DNA from: Octopus sinensis
Taxonomy: Eukaryota
Assembly (NCBI RefSeq): GCF_006345805.1
Contig: NC_043006.1
Location: forward strand, 73,284,001 to 73,348,000
Length of the DNA stretch: 64,000 bases
Direction of reading: 5' to 3'
A model generated the notes under the pieces. The model ran no database searches, was not told where the DNA came from, and saw only the letters and a program-made list of their open reading frames with translations. Within the stretch, counting starts at the first letter, position 1. The number at the start of each line of letters is the position of its first letter. This document shows, one piece after another, positions 13,428 through 24,881 of this stretch. The position numbers and the translations under genes were made by a program.

Positions 13428-14980
13428 TATATGTGTGTGTGTGTGTGTCTGTGTTGTGTGTCTGTGTTTGTCTCCCCAACATCGCTTGATAATCGATGCT
13501 GGTGTGTTTACGTCCCCGTTACTTAGCGGTTCGGCAAAAGAGACCGATAGGATAAGTACTAGGCTTACAAAGAATAAGTCCTGGGGTCGATTTGCTCGAC
13601 TAAAAGGCGGTGCTTCAGCATGGCCGCAGTCAAATGACCGAAAAGAGAAAAGAGAAAGAGAAAACAGAACAAGTGAAAATTTACTGGAGATCAAGTCGGG
13701 AAAGAAATGGTGAATTCAACGATAACGCGGAATGGATAGACGTATTAAAACAAAGATACTGCAAACATGTTAAACAAAAGCTCTACGAAATTGAACATCT
13801 TGGATAGGATGAGAATGTCAGCTGTGACGGACTTATCAATAAGGAGAAGGTAAGGAATTAGTAACTCAAAAAGGTAACAAACCTGTAGTCATCTGGACTA
13901 TTAGCTTTTAGCAAGTACGTTGCCCACAGCACCTTTGTTGCGCCCGTCCTCACGCTCACATTTGACCTTCTGAATTGGTCACTACAGTAACTCGGTGAAA
14001 TTGACGTATAAACTCGCAACGCAAGCAACTCAGTGTTACATGAAACTTCAACATCAATGGAGACAGAGACAGGCTATAATCACCGTGCAAGGAATGTGGC
14101 CATGGTCTGCATTGATATCATATGAAGCACGTATCGTGTCACTGAAGCAACATCTGCTGCAGATGAAAGAGACCCGTAACTGTCTTGTCCAATTCGCAAC
14201 AATGAAATCAGCAACATAATTAAGATAGCTAATAAACTTGTGAAGAGACATGAAATAAAATTTCATACAGATCTCCCCTAAAAAAGCATCAGTAAATTCT
14301 ATATATCAAAAGAATAAAATATAAAAAAATGAATCAGTTCGCTGAGGAGATAGTGCATATGTACTTGACACAAAAAATACAAACCATAGAAGGAATTGGT
14401 CATAGCAAAAGCTTGACATAGAATACCGGCAAGGTTATGACATCCCATTTCAAAGGCTACCTCCATGTTATTCAAGAACAAGATATCCTCACCAAATACG
14501 TGCAGCACAAGGCAGAACACATTGACAAACAAGAAATGTAATCTTTGCAAAACCAAGACTGAATACATCGACCTCTTTATTGCCAACTGTGAGAGAATGT
14601 CTTCCAGATCTTCTCATGAGGCATGATGCGTTGTCAGAATAGTCAGGAATAGGGTAACAAAAAAGAAAACACTTACAGACGAAGTTGACTATGTTGAGAC
14701 CGATGGGCCAAAAGAATATTGGTAGAACTTAAAAATTAAAATACCCACCAATTTAAAACACAACCGGCGACATCTCATTGTGTAGATCCATAAGAAAAAG
14801 AGATACTTTGTCTTGGAGATTAGTTGCTCTCGGGTTAGAAAGACACAGGAAAAAGAGGACATCTATGGATCACTGATTAGGAGTTTGCAAATCCAGAACG
14901 CAAGAAACACTCTCAGCTTCATACCTATTATTACACGATACATACATGCCTGTCTGGAGCAAACTATGGCACAAGTTAAC
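12930..14980 (+). pseudogene. Highly decayed R4/Dong-type RLE retrotransposon relic, split by a SINE
   Basis: Pre-RT-like peptides KVHELKLKL...FISDPELVY and YWRSSRERNGEFNDNAEWI; RHD motif near 14620; W*NLKIKIPTNLKHNRRHLIV...LEISCS near 14720-14830 matches the RLE PD-D region. Confidence 0.6.
13222..13645 (+). mobile_element. tRNA-derived SINE, family B, with internal (TA)n(TG)n
   Basis: Head ggcgcaggagtggctgtgtggtaag...gggttcagtccc and CORE-like ccttgggcaagtgtctt; many copies in the window. Confidence 0.9.
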
Positions 14981-15976
14981 CAAGCAAAGTAACATGAAGT
15001 GAAGTTAAATTGGTTTTAACAGGGACACAATTTCTGAGAATGTTTCCTTATAAAGATCAAGATTCGGGAAGTAATAGTATTAAAACTTGAACACCACAGC
15101 TTCATATTTCCTTTATTAGAAAGTAAGAAAAACTCATGTAAGTTTTGTTTAGTCTCTGCTTATATTCATAATTAAACCATATATCTATATGGCTAAAAAA
15201 CACAAAAAATATATTCGTCTAGAATTATTGAATATAAATAAATTTCCCACTAGATTTACGAGAAATATATTTTAGAACGTTCACCGTGTTATTAGTTTTT
15301 TTTAGTGTTTTCTATAATCCTTAATATTTGAAACATTATTATAATTCAACCACATTTAAATAGAAATTGTGTTTTTAATATTTCATTATTTCACACATAA
15401 CTACTCACATACATATATGTATTAAGCCGAAGAATATACAAAAGAACAAGCTTGACATATATTTGATAAAGCAAAATAAATTTATGACGTGTAGTTATAT
15501 GAATTTACGATTCTTCCTTTTATAGTTTTGAAGATTAATAGATAAATTGCTATTTGATTGAGGCAATTTTTTATTAAGCTAGACATTTATTAATGTTCCA
15601 ATTAACTGGCAACAACTATTTTTATTAGATGAGATTTATATAAATAAAATATAATATTTTTATATCTCGCTCTGAGATTTAATAATATTTTTTCAACCAC
15701 GTAAGTAATAACTTTCATTTGTATTTTCATTCTCTTATTAGTGTTACTTTTGCTTTTAATAGTACACATGGACCTTTTTAAAAATACAAATCTAGGTTTA
15801 TTAACTGGACTACTTTTGTTAGCTTCTCTATTGTCAGTGTAAAGTACTATTCCCCCAAATGGGTTTTGTGGAAGCATAGGGCCCTGTAAAAAATTCTGGG
15901 GTTCCATGAGATAAGTTTAATTAAAGTTATTATATATTTACATCCACAATAGTAAGTTATATAATTTTATATTATA

Positions 15977-16186
15977 TTGGGTTGTCCGGAAAGTTCGTGC
16001 CGATTTATAGTAGCTTACCTTTCGACTTACACTTCCAGGCATCTCAATTGTGGAAAGAGGGTATTTTCAAGTTAAAGGAAAGATGGAGACGCATTGTGCA
16101 ACAAAATGGTTAAAAATGTAATGGTAAGTATTTATTGACCTTTTTCTTTCCTTTAAAAATCGGCACGAACTTTCCGGACAACCCAA
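15977..16186. mobile_element. Tc1/mariner MITE, 210 bp
   Basis: 30-bp TIR ttgggttgtccggaaagttcgtgccgattt / aaatcggcacgaactttccggacaacccaa, with TA on both sides. Confidence 0.92.
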
Positions 16187-16519
16187 TATATCTATGAATA
16201 TATTTTTATATGAATATAAAATATTTCTATATGATTAAATCCTGTCTCTAAAAACCATTCTTTCTTTATAATCTAGCTTTCTAAAATCAGAGGTGGATGG
16301 GTAGGCCATAATATATACTTATGGGTTTCGCAAGATTTGGAAAATCATGAAAGGGTTCCATGCCAAAATAATTCTGGAGCCACGTTAGTAGAGTGTTGAG
16401 TACATATTCCCCCATGGTCGTTTATAAACAATGGGAAATCATACTAGTGTCTCCTTTTTAAAGAACTTTGATGTTGGTTGGAACAACTGGACTTACACGC
16501 TATTGTAAGATAATTAACA

Positions 16520-16770
16520 CAACAGTAACAGGAATTAAGGAGAAAGCATAGATCTAGGCAGTCGCTGTTCGACCTGCTGAAAATAATAGCTAATCATCCC
16601 CGATATAGAAAAAAAACAGCTTAAAATGATGACAAAAAGTGGAAGGACAGATATAATATGCTTCTAGATATGCTACGTCTGAATAGAAAATACGGGATGG
16701 TCACGGCTCGAACGCCTTTGATCAAACATCAACTGGATCACCGCTGACCGGAATAAGCAATAACAACAAC
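16520..16770 (-). mobile_element. Old dispersed repeat (family G); related copies near 4250-4480, 29580-29680, 30330-30500 and 38040-38210
   Basis: Shared cattccagcc(g/t)tgacc..cccgtc-like motif in decayed copies on both strands. Confidence 0.45.
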
Positions 16771-16812
16771 AACAACAACAATAACGACGACAATAACAAC
16801 AACAGCAGTACT

Positions 16813-17200
16813 GGAGGCACAATGGCCCAGTGGTTAGGGCAGCGGACTCGCGGTCGTAAGAACGCGGTTTCGATTCCTAGATCGGGCATTGTGAGTGTTT
16901 ATTGAGCACACTTTCACCACAACTTTCTCTCACTCTTTTTCCCTACTTCTGCCACAAAGCAGAGGAACCATGGTGTAACCCACTATGGTGTGGTAAACTT
17001 TCAGACCCTAGTCTAGATTGCGAATCATCTGTACCCCAGCATGGTTCAGCTCTCCACCCGTTAAACGCCACCGTTTACAGAATGAGGATAACAACGTAGC
17101 TTTCGCGCCCGTACAACCGCCAGTCTATCGCGTGAGGTGGGTGGATCTTCAAGTTGCCACACGCATTCTTAGTAGCTTAGAGTAGGCTCGAATTAGAGAT
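16813..17200 (+). mobile_element. SINE with a family-A head but an unrelated 3' part
   Basis: 16813-16905 matches the family-A head; after ctttctctcactc the sequence diverges completely from family A. Confidence 0.6.
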
Positions 17201-17220
17201 TATTCTTTGAGGCTAATACC

Positions 17221-17340
17221 AAATCCACTCACTCGGTCAGCCCGAGGCTATAGTAGAAGACACTTGCCCAAGGTGCCACGCAGTGGGAATGAATCCAGAA
17301 CCACGTCGTTAGTAAGCAAGCTACTTATCACACAGTCACT
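17221..17340 (-). mobile_element. SINE family B head fragment
   Basis: aaatccactcac...gacacttgcccaaggtgccacgcagtggg...cacacag. Confidence 0.75.
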
Positions 17341-17627
17341 CATCTTTTAAACTTTTGCCTCTGTTGCACATTAAAAAATTTTGATTATCGATTCTTTCAT
17401 TAAGTGAATTAATTTTGCTAGAACAGATTGTATTACAAACTATTAAACTTTTGCGATTATAATTTTTTGGACCATTAACTTTTTCTTTATTGATAAAAAA
17501 CCGAAACAAAACAAAACAGAACGTTTTGCCCACGGGCATATGATCTTGTGGTTAAGAGCGCAAGCTATTACCCTCAAGATTCCGAGTTCGATTCCAAGCA
17601 GTGATCTGAACAACAACAACAACAACA

Positions 17628-18539
17628 AAGAGCGAATAATGTCGATGTTGACAAAGCCCTGACCCATCAATGGCTAATGGCCTCTGGCTTAAAATCTGAA
17701 ACAGAAGGGTTTATCATAGCAGCTCAAGATCAATGCCTACCTACAGGGAACTACCAGGCCAACATATTAAAGAACGGCAGTAGCCCAACATGTCGTGTAT
17801 GTCAACAACAAAATGGAACCATTGATCATGTTGTCTCCAAGTGCAGTCTTCTTGCGCCAACAGAGTATCTCAACAGGCATGATAGAGCTGCACAATATAT
17901 TCACTGGGTAATTTGCAAAAGCCTGGACTTGCCCCATAATAAAAACTGGTGGGAACACAAACCACCCTCAGTGCTTGAAAATGATCACATCTCACTCCTC
18001 TGGAACTTCACCATTCAAACTGACAGAAAGATAGATGCGAATAGGCTAGACATCATATTCAGACAAAAATCATGCCTCCTCATTGATATGACTATGTCAA
18101 TCGATATAAACGTATCTGTCAAGACCTACCAAAAACTGAGCAAATATAAAGATCTTGAAATTGATATTAGCAAAATGTGGAACCTGAAGACTAAAACAAT
18201 ACCTGTTGTCATAGGTGCCCTGGGAATGATAGCGAAAGGGGCTGAGCGCTGCCTAACTCAGATACCAGGAAACCGCAAAATAGCTGAAATTCCAAAGATA
18301 CTGCTCATGGGAACTGCTCATATCCTACGCAAAATACTTTCTATGTAATCTCAAGTTTTAAAACAAACATAATTTTCTTATGGTTTCTTAAATATTCACT
18401 TGTACAACACTAAGTACAAAACCAAATATATGGCACCCTAGGCATAACACCAACATGAACTTCCAACTTGTTGGCTCTTGAGGTCTCTGGGTGAGACTTG
18501 GAGCCAGCTTATACAAATGTAAAGCAAAAGTCAAACATA

Positions 18540-18540
<1 letters not shown>
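17628..18540 (+). mobile_element. 5'-truncated R4/Dong-type non-LTR retrotransposon, lineage A (CCHC knuckle, RLE and 3' UTR)
   Basis: ORF 17677-18348 has CRVC...HVVSKC, RHD, NRLDII..LLID and KLSKYKDL; flanked by (AAC)n and (AAT)n. Confidence 0.9.
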
Positions 18541-18587
<47 letters not shown>

Positions 18588-18617
18588 TAATAATAATAAT
18601 AATGAATGATGATGATG

Positions 18618-18683
<66 letters not shown>

Positions 18684-18685
<2 letters not shown>

Positions 18686-21600
18686 CACCATGTACAAAGG
18701 AACTACGAAGAAATTAAATGCCACCGATACTATTCAACCCAAGAATAACAATCGAGCGGTACGTACATTAAACTTACAACAAAAAATGTACGAAAAACTA
18801 CACGTGCGAAATAATGTGACAACAGAAATAAACGGACCGGTACCCTACGAAAATGACGACCGTCAAAATAATGGGCCGGACGTTGTACCTCATGTCCCGC
18901 AAATAAAACCCAAAAGACATAAATGGACACGTGAGGAATACATTTCTATCTTACACGCATACTACACAGCAGTACTCTACCCAAAAAATGAAAATACAAC
19001 AACACATACATATAAAATATGGAAGGAAAATAATAGAGATATAGACTTGGATACAGCAATGAACCCTAATAAATTAGCTAACGTACGAAGATACATTCTC
19101 AACACAAAAAAAATATCAGAAATAGAAATAGAACACCTAAAAGAAAACATACACCTGGAAAATGTAGATAGAAGCCACACAACAATGCCCAATAATATAA
19201 ACACTGAAACTGTAAAACACGAAGACAAACGCAACATTCCCAACAAACACGATGTAAACAACGAAGGGAAGCCTAATGATTATGATAATATAAAAAATAA
19301 AATAATCAAAGAACTGAAAACCACAGAGCTCAAAATGGACCACCGACCATACCTCCCAAGAATCAAAATAAACGAAATAACAACACCTATTATAAACAGC
19401 ATAAACCTAGCCGTCACTGAACTGATAGCCACTGAATCAAAAAAAAAGTGATATCACTGAGCTAAATAACTTAATATACGCAGCAGCCACTGCAGCCACA
19501 AAAGAAGCTGGATACTCACCCAAACCCGCCCAAACAGGAGTACCACCACCCAAACAAACCCTGTGGATAAATAACATCCAAAGCAAAAAAAAAAAAAAAT
19601 TAGAAAAGACCTGTCGGTTCTTAATGAAATCAGCAAACAATCAACGCTGCTGAGCAACAAAAAGAGAACAAAAATACTCCGCAAATATAACATCACAGAG
19701 AAAGATTTGCCTGAAATAAAATAAAAGCTGAAGCAAGATATCCTTGCCAAAGCTCAAAGGATCCGCCGGTACAAGAAACGCCAACGCTTCTTTGAAGAAA
19801 ACAAAAAGTTCAACTCCAACCCCAAAAAGTTCTACCAAGAACTGGGCAAAAATAAAATAGAAGTCACTGCAGCACCAACGGCAGAAGAATTGGAAGAATT
19901 CTGGAGAGAAATATGGTCGGCGAACGAACCACCAAAAAAAAGGAGTATCAAAAAAACAAACTCGGCATCTGAACAACTTTGGACCCCCATAACAACTGAA
20001 GAGGTCACCCAGGCACTGCAAAGATTAAGCAACTGGAAGGCACCTGGGCATGACAAGATCCCCAACTTCTGGTTGAAATATCTAACAGGAATGCACAAAA
20101 AGCTGGCTGAAAACTTTAACAACGTACTAGCAGAGCCAGAGACAATGCCTGAATGGCTCACGAAGGGGAAAACCATCTTAATTCCCAAATCAAATGAAAC
20201 AGAAAAACCAGAAAACTACAGACCAATAACCTGCCTCCCTACTATGTTCAAGGCATTTACTGCAGTGATATCACAAAGGCTGAACAAGCACCTGGACGAA
20301 AACAAACTGTTCCCAGAAGAGCAGAAAGGATGCCGCAAAGGCTCATATGGCTGTAAAGATCAACTAATGATTAATAAAGCCATAACTGAAGACAGCCACA
20401 GAAAGAAGAAAGGCCTCAGTATGGCCTGGATTGACTACAAAAAGGCGTTTGATAGCATCCCCCACACATGGATCCTCGAAACACTAGCCATTAACAAAGT
20501 AGCACCAACAATCATAAAATTCATAAAGCACTCTATGAATAAATGGCAAACAGTCCTACACCCCCAAACAAAAGAGGGACTCATGAAAACCAAAGACATC
20601 CCCATTAGAAGAGGAATATTCCAGGGAGACACGCTCTCTCCACTCCTTTTCTGCTTGGCACTGTCACCTCTATCTGATATGCTAAATAGAACTGGATGCG
20701 GATATAAATGTTACGGCAAAACGATCAACCACCTTTTATATATGGATGACCTAAAACTATACGCTGCAAATGACAAACAGCTGGAAACACTATTAAAGAC
20801 AGTTATGGATTTACCAAAGAAATAGATATGAAATTTGGATTAGAAAAATGCGCCAAAGTAACCATGAAAAGAGGAAAACTAGTTAAGAGTAACAACATCA
20901 CACTAGATAAAACTAATGAAATAAAAGAATTAGACCAAAGCCAAACTTACAAATACTTAGGAATCCATGAACTAGATAAGACACAACACACACAAATGAA
21001 AGAGAAAATAAAAAAAGAATATTATAGACGAGTTAGATCAATACTAAACACAGAGCTCAATGCTAAAAACAAGATAATAGGTATCAACACTTTAGCTGTC
21101 CCAGTTATAAGTTACAGCTACAATATCCTTAACTGGACACGAAATGAACTGACCAAAATAGATAGGAAAACAAGAAAAATAATGACAGGATCTAGGATGC
21201 ATCACCCAAAATCTGACACAGAAAGACTATATATACAACGTATAGAAGGTGGTAGAGGCCTTATACAGCTGGAAAACTACTATAAAATAACCACCATAGG
21301 ACTGCAAATATACCTACATCAGAAGGAAGGAAAACTGATCCAGATAGCGGCAAAACACGAGCAAAACAAAAAACTGTTCTCAGTATTTAAGGAAGCTGAC
21401 AAATACAAACAAGAAATCATACCACCTAATAAACATGAAGAAGAAGAAGAGAGAAGAGAAAAAACAACAAAAGCTATAAAACAAATGAAATCCAAACTAA
21501 AAATAGAACAGCAACGAACCATGATAAAACGATGGCAAGAAAAGCCCCTTCATGGTAAATACTCGACTAAACTAAACGCAAAAGAAATAGACAAAGAAAA

Positions 21601-22396
21601 ATCCCAGCAATGGTTGAGAAGCTCAGGACTCAAAGCAGAGACAGAGGGATTTTTAATTGCAGCACAAGACCAAAGCCTCCCCACCAGAAATTACCAAAAA
21701 CATGTAATGAAAAGAAATATTACAAGTAACTGCAGAATATGTGGAGATGGACAAGAAACAATAAATCATATTGTCTCTAGCTGCCCAGTCTTGGCTAAGA
21801 AGGAATATATTCACAGACATGACAGAGTTGGAACCTACATACATTGGAAGCTATGCCAACATTATGGAATAACAACAGAAAAAAGATGGTATAGGCACAC
21901 ACCAGAAAAGGTCACAGAAAACGAGAAAGCAACCATACTCTGGGATATGCCGATACACACAGATAGAGAAATTAAGGCCAACAGACCAGATATAGTTGTC
22001 AGAGATCATGAAGAAAAAAAATGCTTTCTAATTGATGTATCAATACCGGCTGATGACAACGTGTCTCTAAAAGAAATGGAGAAACTCTCAAAATACAAAG
22101 ACCTGGAAATAGAGGTAACTAGAATGTGGAATCTGAAAACAGAAACAATTCCTATCATAGTAGGTGCATTAGGCATGATAAAAAATATTCAGACAAATAC
22201 ATAACAAAAACACCAGGACTTACAAACACATATAACATACAGAAAATTGCACTACTAGGCACTGCACACATCCTACGCAGAACACTTTCCATACAATAAC
22301 CATCAGAGCATCACAACAAATCACAGCACATACCCAAGGCACACAGAGCTGCGCTCGGTAGTGAAGTGAAAGCACGCTATAAAAATAAAACTACTG
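18684..22396 (+). mobile_element. Near-full-length R4/Dong-type non-LTR retrotransposon, lineage B (Myb-like N-terminus, RT, CCHC, RLE), frameshifted
   Basis: KRHKWTREEY; KAPGHDKIP, YRPITCL, WIDYKKAFDS, GIFQGDTLSP, LLYMDDLKLY; CRICG...HIVSSC; RHD; RPDIVV..LIDVS..KLSKYKDL; stop at 22297-22299; (AAT)n on both sides. Confidence 0.96.
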
Positions 22397-22431
22397 AATA
22401 ATAATAATAATAAATAATAATAATAATAATA

Positions 22432-22775
22432 AGTAGTAGTGGGGGAGCATCATAGCCATGAGTTGAGAGGGATTCTTTGGGGTTTGAATAATTCACCTCT
22501 GGGAACATGGGTGTTTCGTTCAACAACCTTAAACAGCCCTTATTCAGGGACCTTGTGAGTGGGATGGGTTACTCGACCTGAAGAAAATCCTAACTGGGCC
22601 CCACCTGCAAGGTCATATGCTGTTTATCTTGATATGAGATCACCATGTCGCGCACATATGGTTGTGATGCATGTGCCTGGTGTACCCTTATCAGACGGGT
22701 AGTCGTGATGGGTATACTGGGCTTCGTATATTTTACCCCAGTGTCACTTTGATGGCATGCACTACTCTCTCACTC
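22432..22775 (+). mobile_element. Non-coding retroposon (family D) ending in (AAT)n
   Basis: Near-identical inverted, 5'-shorter copy at 28968-29193; both 3' ends (ctctcactc) abut an (AAT)n tract. Confidence 0.8.
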
Positions 22776-22782
22776 AATAATA

Positions 22783-22866
<84 letters not shown>

Positions 22867-22944
22867 AATAATAATAATAATAATAATAATAGCAACATCG
22901 AAAAATACCTTAAGAATGAGAACCCATGTTCGAAATTTCCCCAA

Positions 22945-22990
22945 GACACCCAATGAAGTCTGGAGGGTATATCAGCCAAAACGTTGTGTT
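22945..22990 (+). ncRNA. Degenerate minimal type I hammerhead motif in the SINE F tail
   Basis: GACAC-CCAAUGA-A-GUCUG..CAGCC-AAAAC-GUU-GUGUU; helix I and the palindromic AACGUU are kept, the core is mutated. Confidence 0.55.
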
Positions 22991-23862
22991 AACAACAAAC
23001 AAGATGAGAACAAATATCCGTCAAATGCAAATAATAAAAATAATGTAAATTATTTACATAATTCCTCATCTCTTAAATATAGAACTGTAAAACAGAACGT
23101 TTTTAGTACTTACACTACACTACGTTTGATCTCCGATTGCCAATGTGTCTCAATTCTGGTGTTCAGCCTGTATTTTTCGTTTCCAAAGACGAAATCAATC
23201 ACCGGAAACCTAGGGTGGTATTATCAACTATTCATCTCATATTAGAATATCTAGGCATATATTAAACCCAATTATTCATTTAGCAAATACACATAATGCC
23301 GACATATTCTCTGAGTATGAATCTGTTAAGCTCCAGCCGATGTGCTGTCTGCTGTCTACTGTTCCACTTATCTATAACTTCCGGCTGAAACCACGTTATT
23401 CTTCTAACTGACACAGAACGCAGCAACGTAAAGACACAAACCTCTGTTATGATACAAAGACCCATCATTTTCCTTATTATCCGATCAATCTAGAGAGTCC
23501 TACTGCTACAGTAACAGCTACGAGAAGGCAAAAAGTGAAAGAAACGTATCTTTAGGGCATTCTTCAAGATTCTGTCAATGTTTCAAGAACGTAGTCACAC
23601 AATAAACGCAAATCAACAATGAGCCAACAAGACAAGTGACCTTGCAAAACGTGGTCGTTAGGCCTGCAGGAACTGATAGTAAAATCTCTTTCAAATCACA
23701 CAGTCACAGATTTACAAAATGACAAGACAATCTAATCTTAGCTAGAACGCCCGCCTTTGTTCTTAGGTCTACTAGCTCAAGGCTGATTAAGGACTGAACT
23801 ACAATAAGTGTTATCAACGCTTTAAAGAAATTATTTATGTATACGAAGTGGGTAAAAAATCA

Positions 23863-23990
23863 GTAGTAGCAGCAGCAGCCGCAGCAGCAGCCGCAGCAGC
23901 AGCCGCAGCAGCAGCCGCAGCAGCAGCCGCAGCAGCAGCCGTAGTAGCAGCAGCCGCAGTAGCAGCTGCAGCAGCAACGACAACAACAGT
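23863..23990. repeat. (GCA)n-derived repeat with a 12-bp GCAGCAGCAGCC period
   Basis: Directly visible. Confidence 0.9.
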
Positions 23991-24680
23991 TGTAATGTGT
24001 GGTACGCAGCGGAATTACCCCACAAATTGTAGCTTATTCGTGCAGACGACCTGTTTCTGAACCCACGCACACTCCCGGCTCCCCGATTATTTTTTTTTTG
24101 TTAGATACTTATGTTTATTTAACTTTATTTATCAGTCTTCAGGGGGATCAAACCTGTAGCGACAGCTCCTCTCCGAGATATTTCTATCGTTAGGTTTCTT
24201 AAAATATCAGAATAGCATTTTTTTCTTTCGATTATTTTTTTTCATTTGACTTTTCAATCTTAAATTGAAGCCTTTATCTTTTTGATGTCATCCATAAACA
24301 ATAATGTTTTACTTTTTAAATTTATTTTATTTTGCAAAACCGATATAAATGAACACTTTAGTATCACAAGTTTCGCTATTACGGTTCTTTTTAGGAATAG
24401 AAATTTGATAGCAGACTGTGCTTTTGTTCATAGATGCTGTTGAGTTTTGGCATGCCGTGTCAAGGACTTCTAGAAATCATTTTATATCATGGCATTGTTA
24501 ATCTGTGATGCTAACATCTCTTTTTTTTTTTGCAGAATACATGCGTTTGTTAATATATACATTCATGCACACATAAATACATATAAGTATGGCATAGGTT
24601 TGTATTTGTGCATCGATGTATTCACACAAACATCAATGTACAAATTATGTTTCTGTATGCGCGTATAAGTAAACGTATAC

Positions 24681-24711
<31 letters not shown>

Positions 24712-24768
24712 TGTATGTATGTATGTATGTATGTATGTATGTATGTATGTATGTATGTACGTACGTAC

Positions 24769-24799
<31 letters not shown>

Positions 24800-24881
24800 T
24801 GTATGTATGTATGTATGTATATATGTATGTATGCATGTATGTATGAATAATGACGCAAACATACATACAAGCACATATATA

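Larger units (their letters stand above)
17528..23088 (+). mobile_element. tRNA-headed SINE (family F) with internal (AAT)n and a hammerhead-like tail, expanded to 5.6 kb by nested insertions
   Basis: Head 17528-17608 (B box gagttcgattcc), tail 22891-23088, 15-bp TSD aaaacagaacgtttt (17513-17527, 23089-23103); the same head and tail frame a second locus at 40095-41678. Confidence 0.85.

Noticed and set aside
23848-24060. Poly-Ala ORF as a transcription-factor exon
   Set aside because: Pure GCA/GCC repeat with no flanking domain or convincing splice context.
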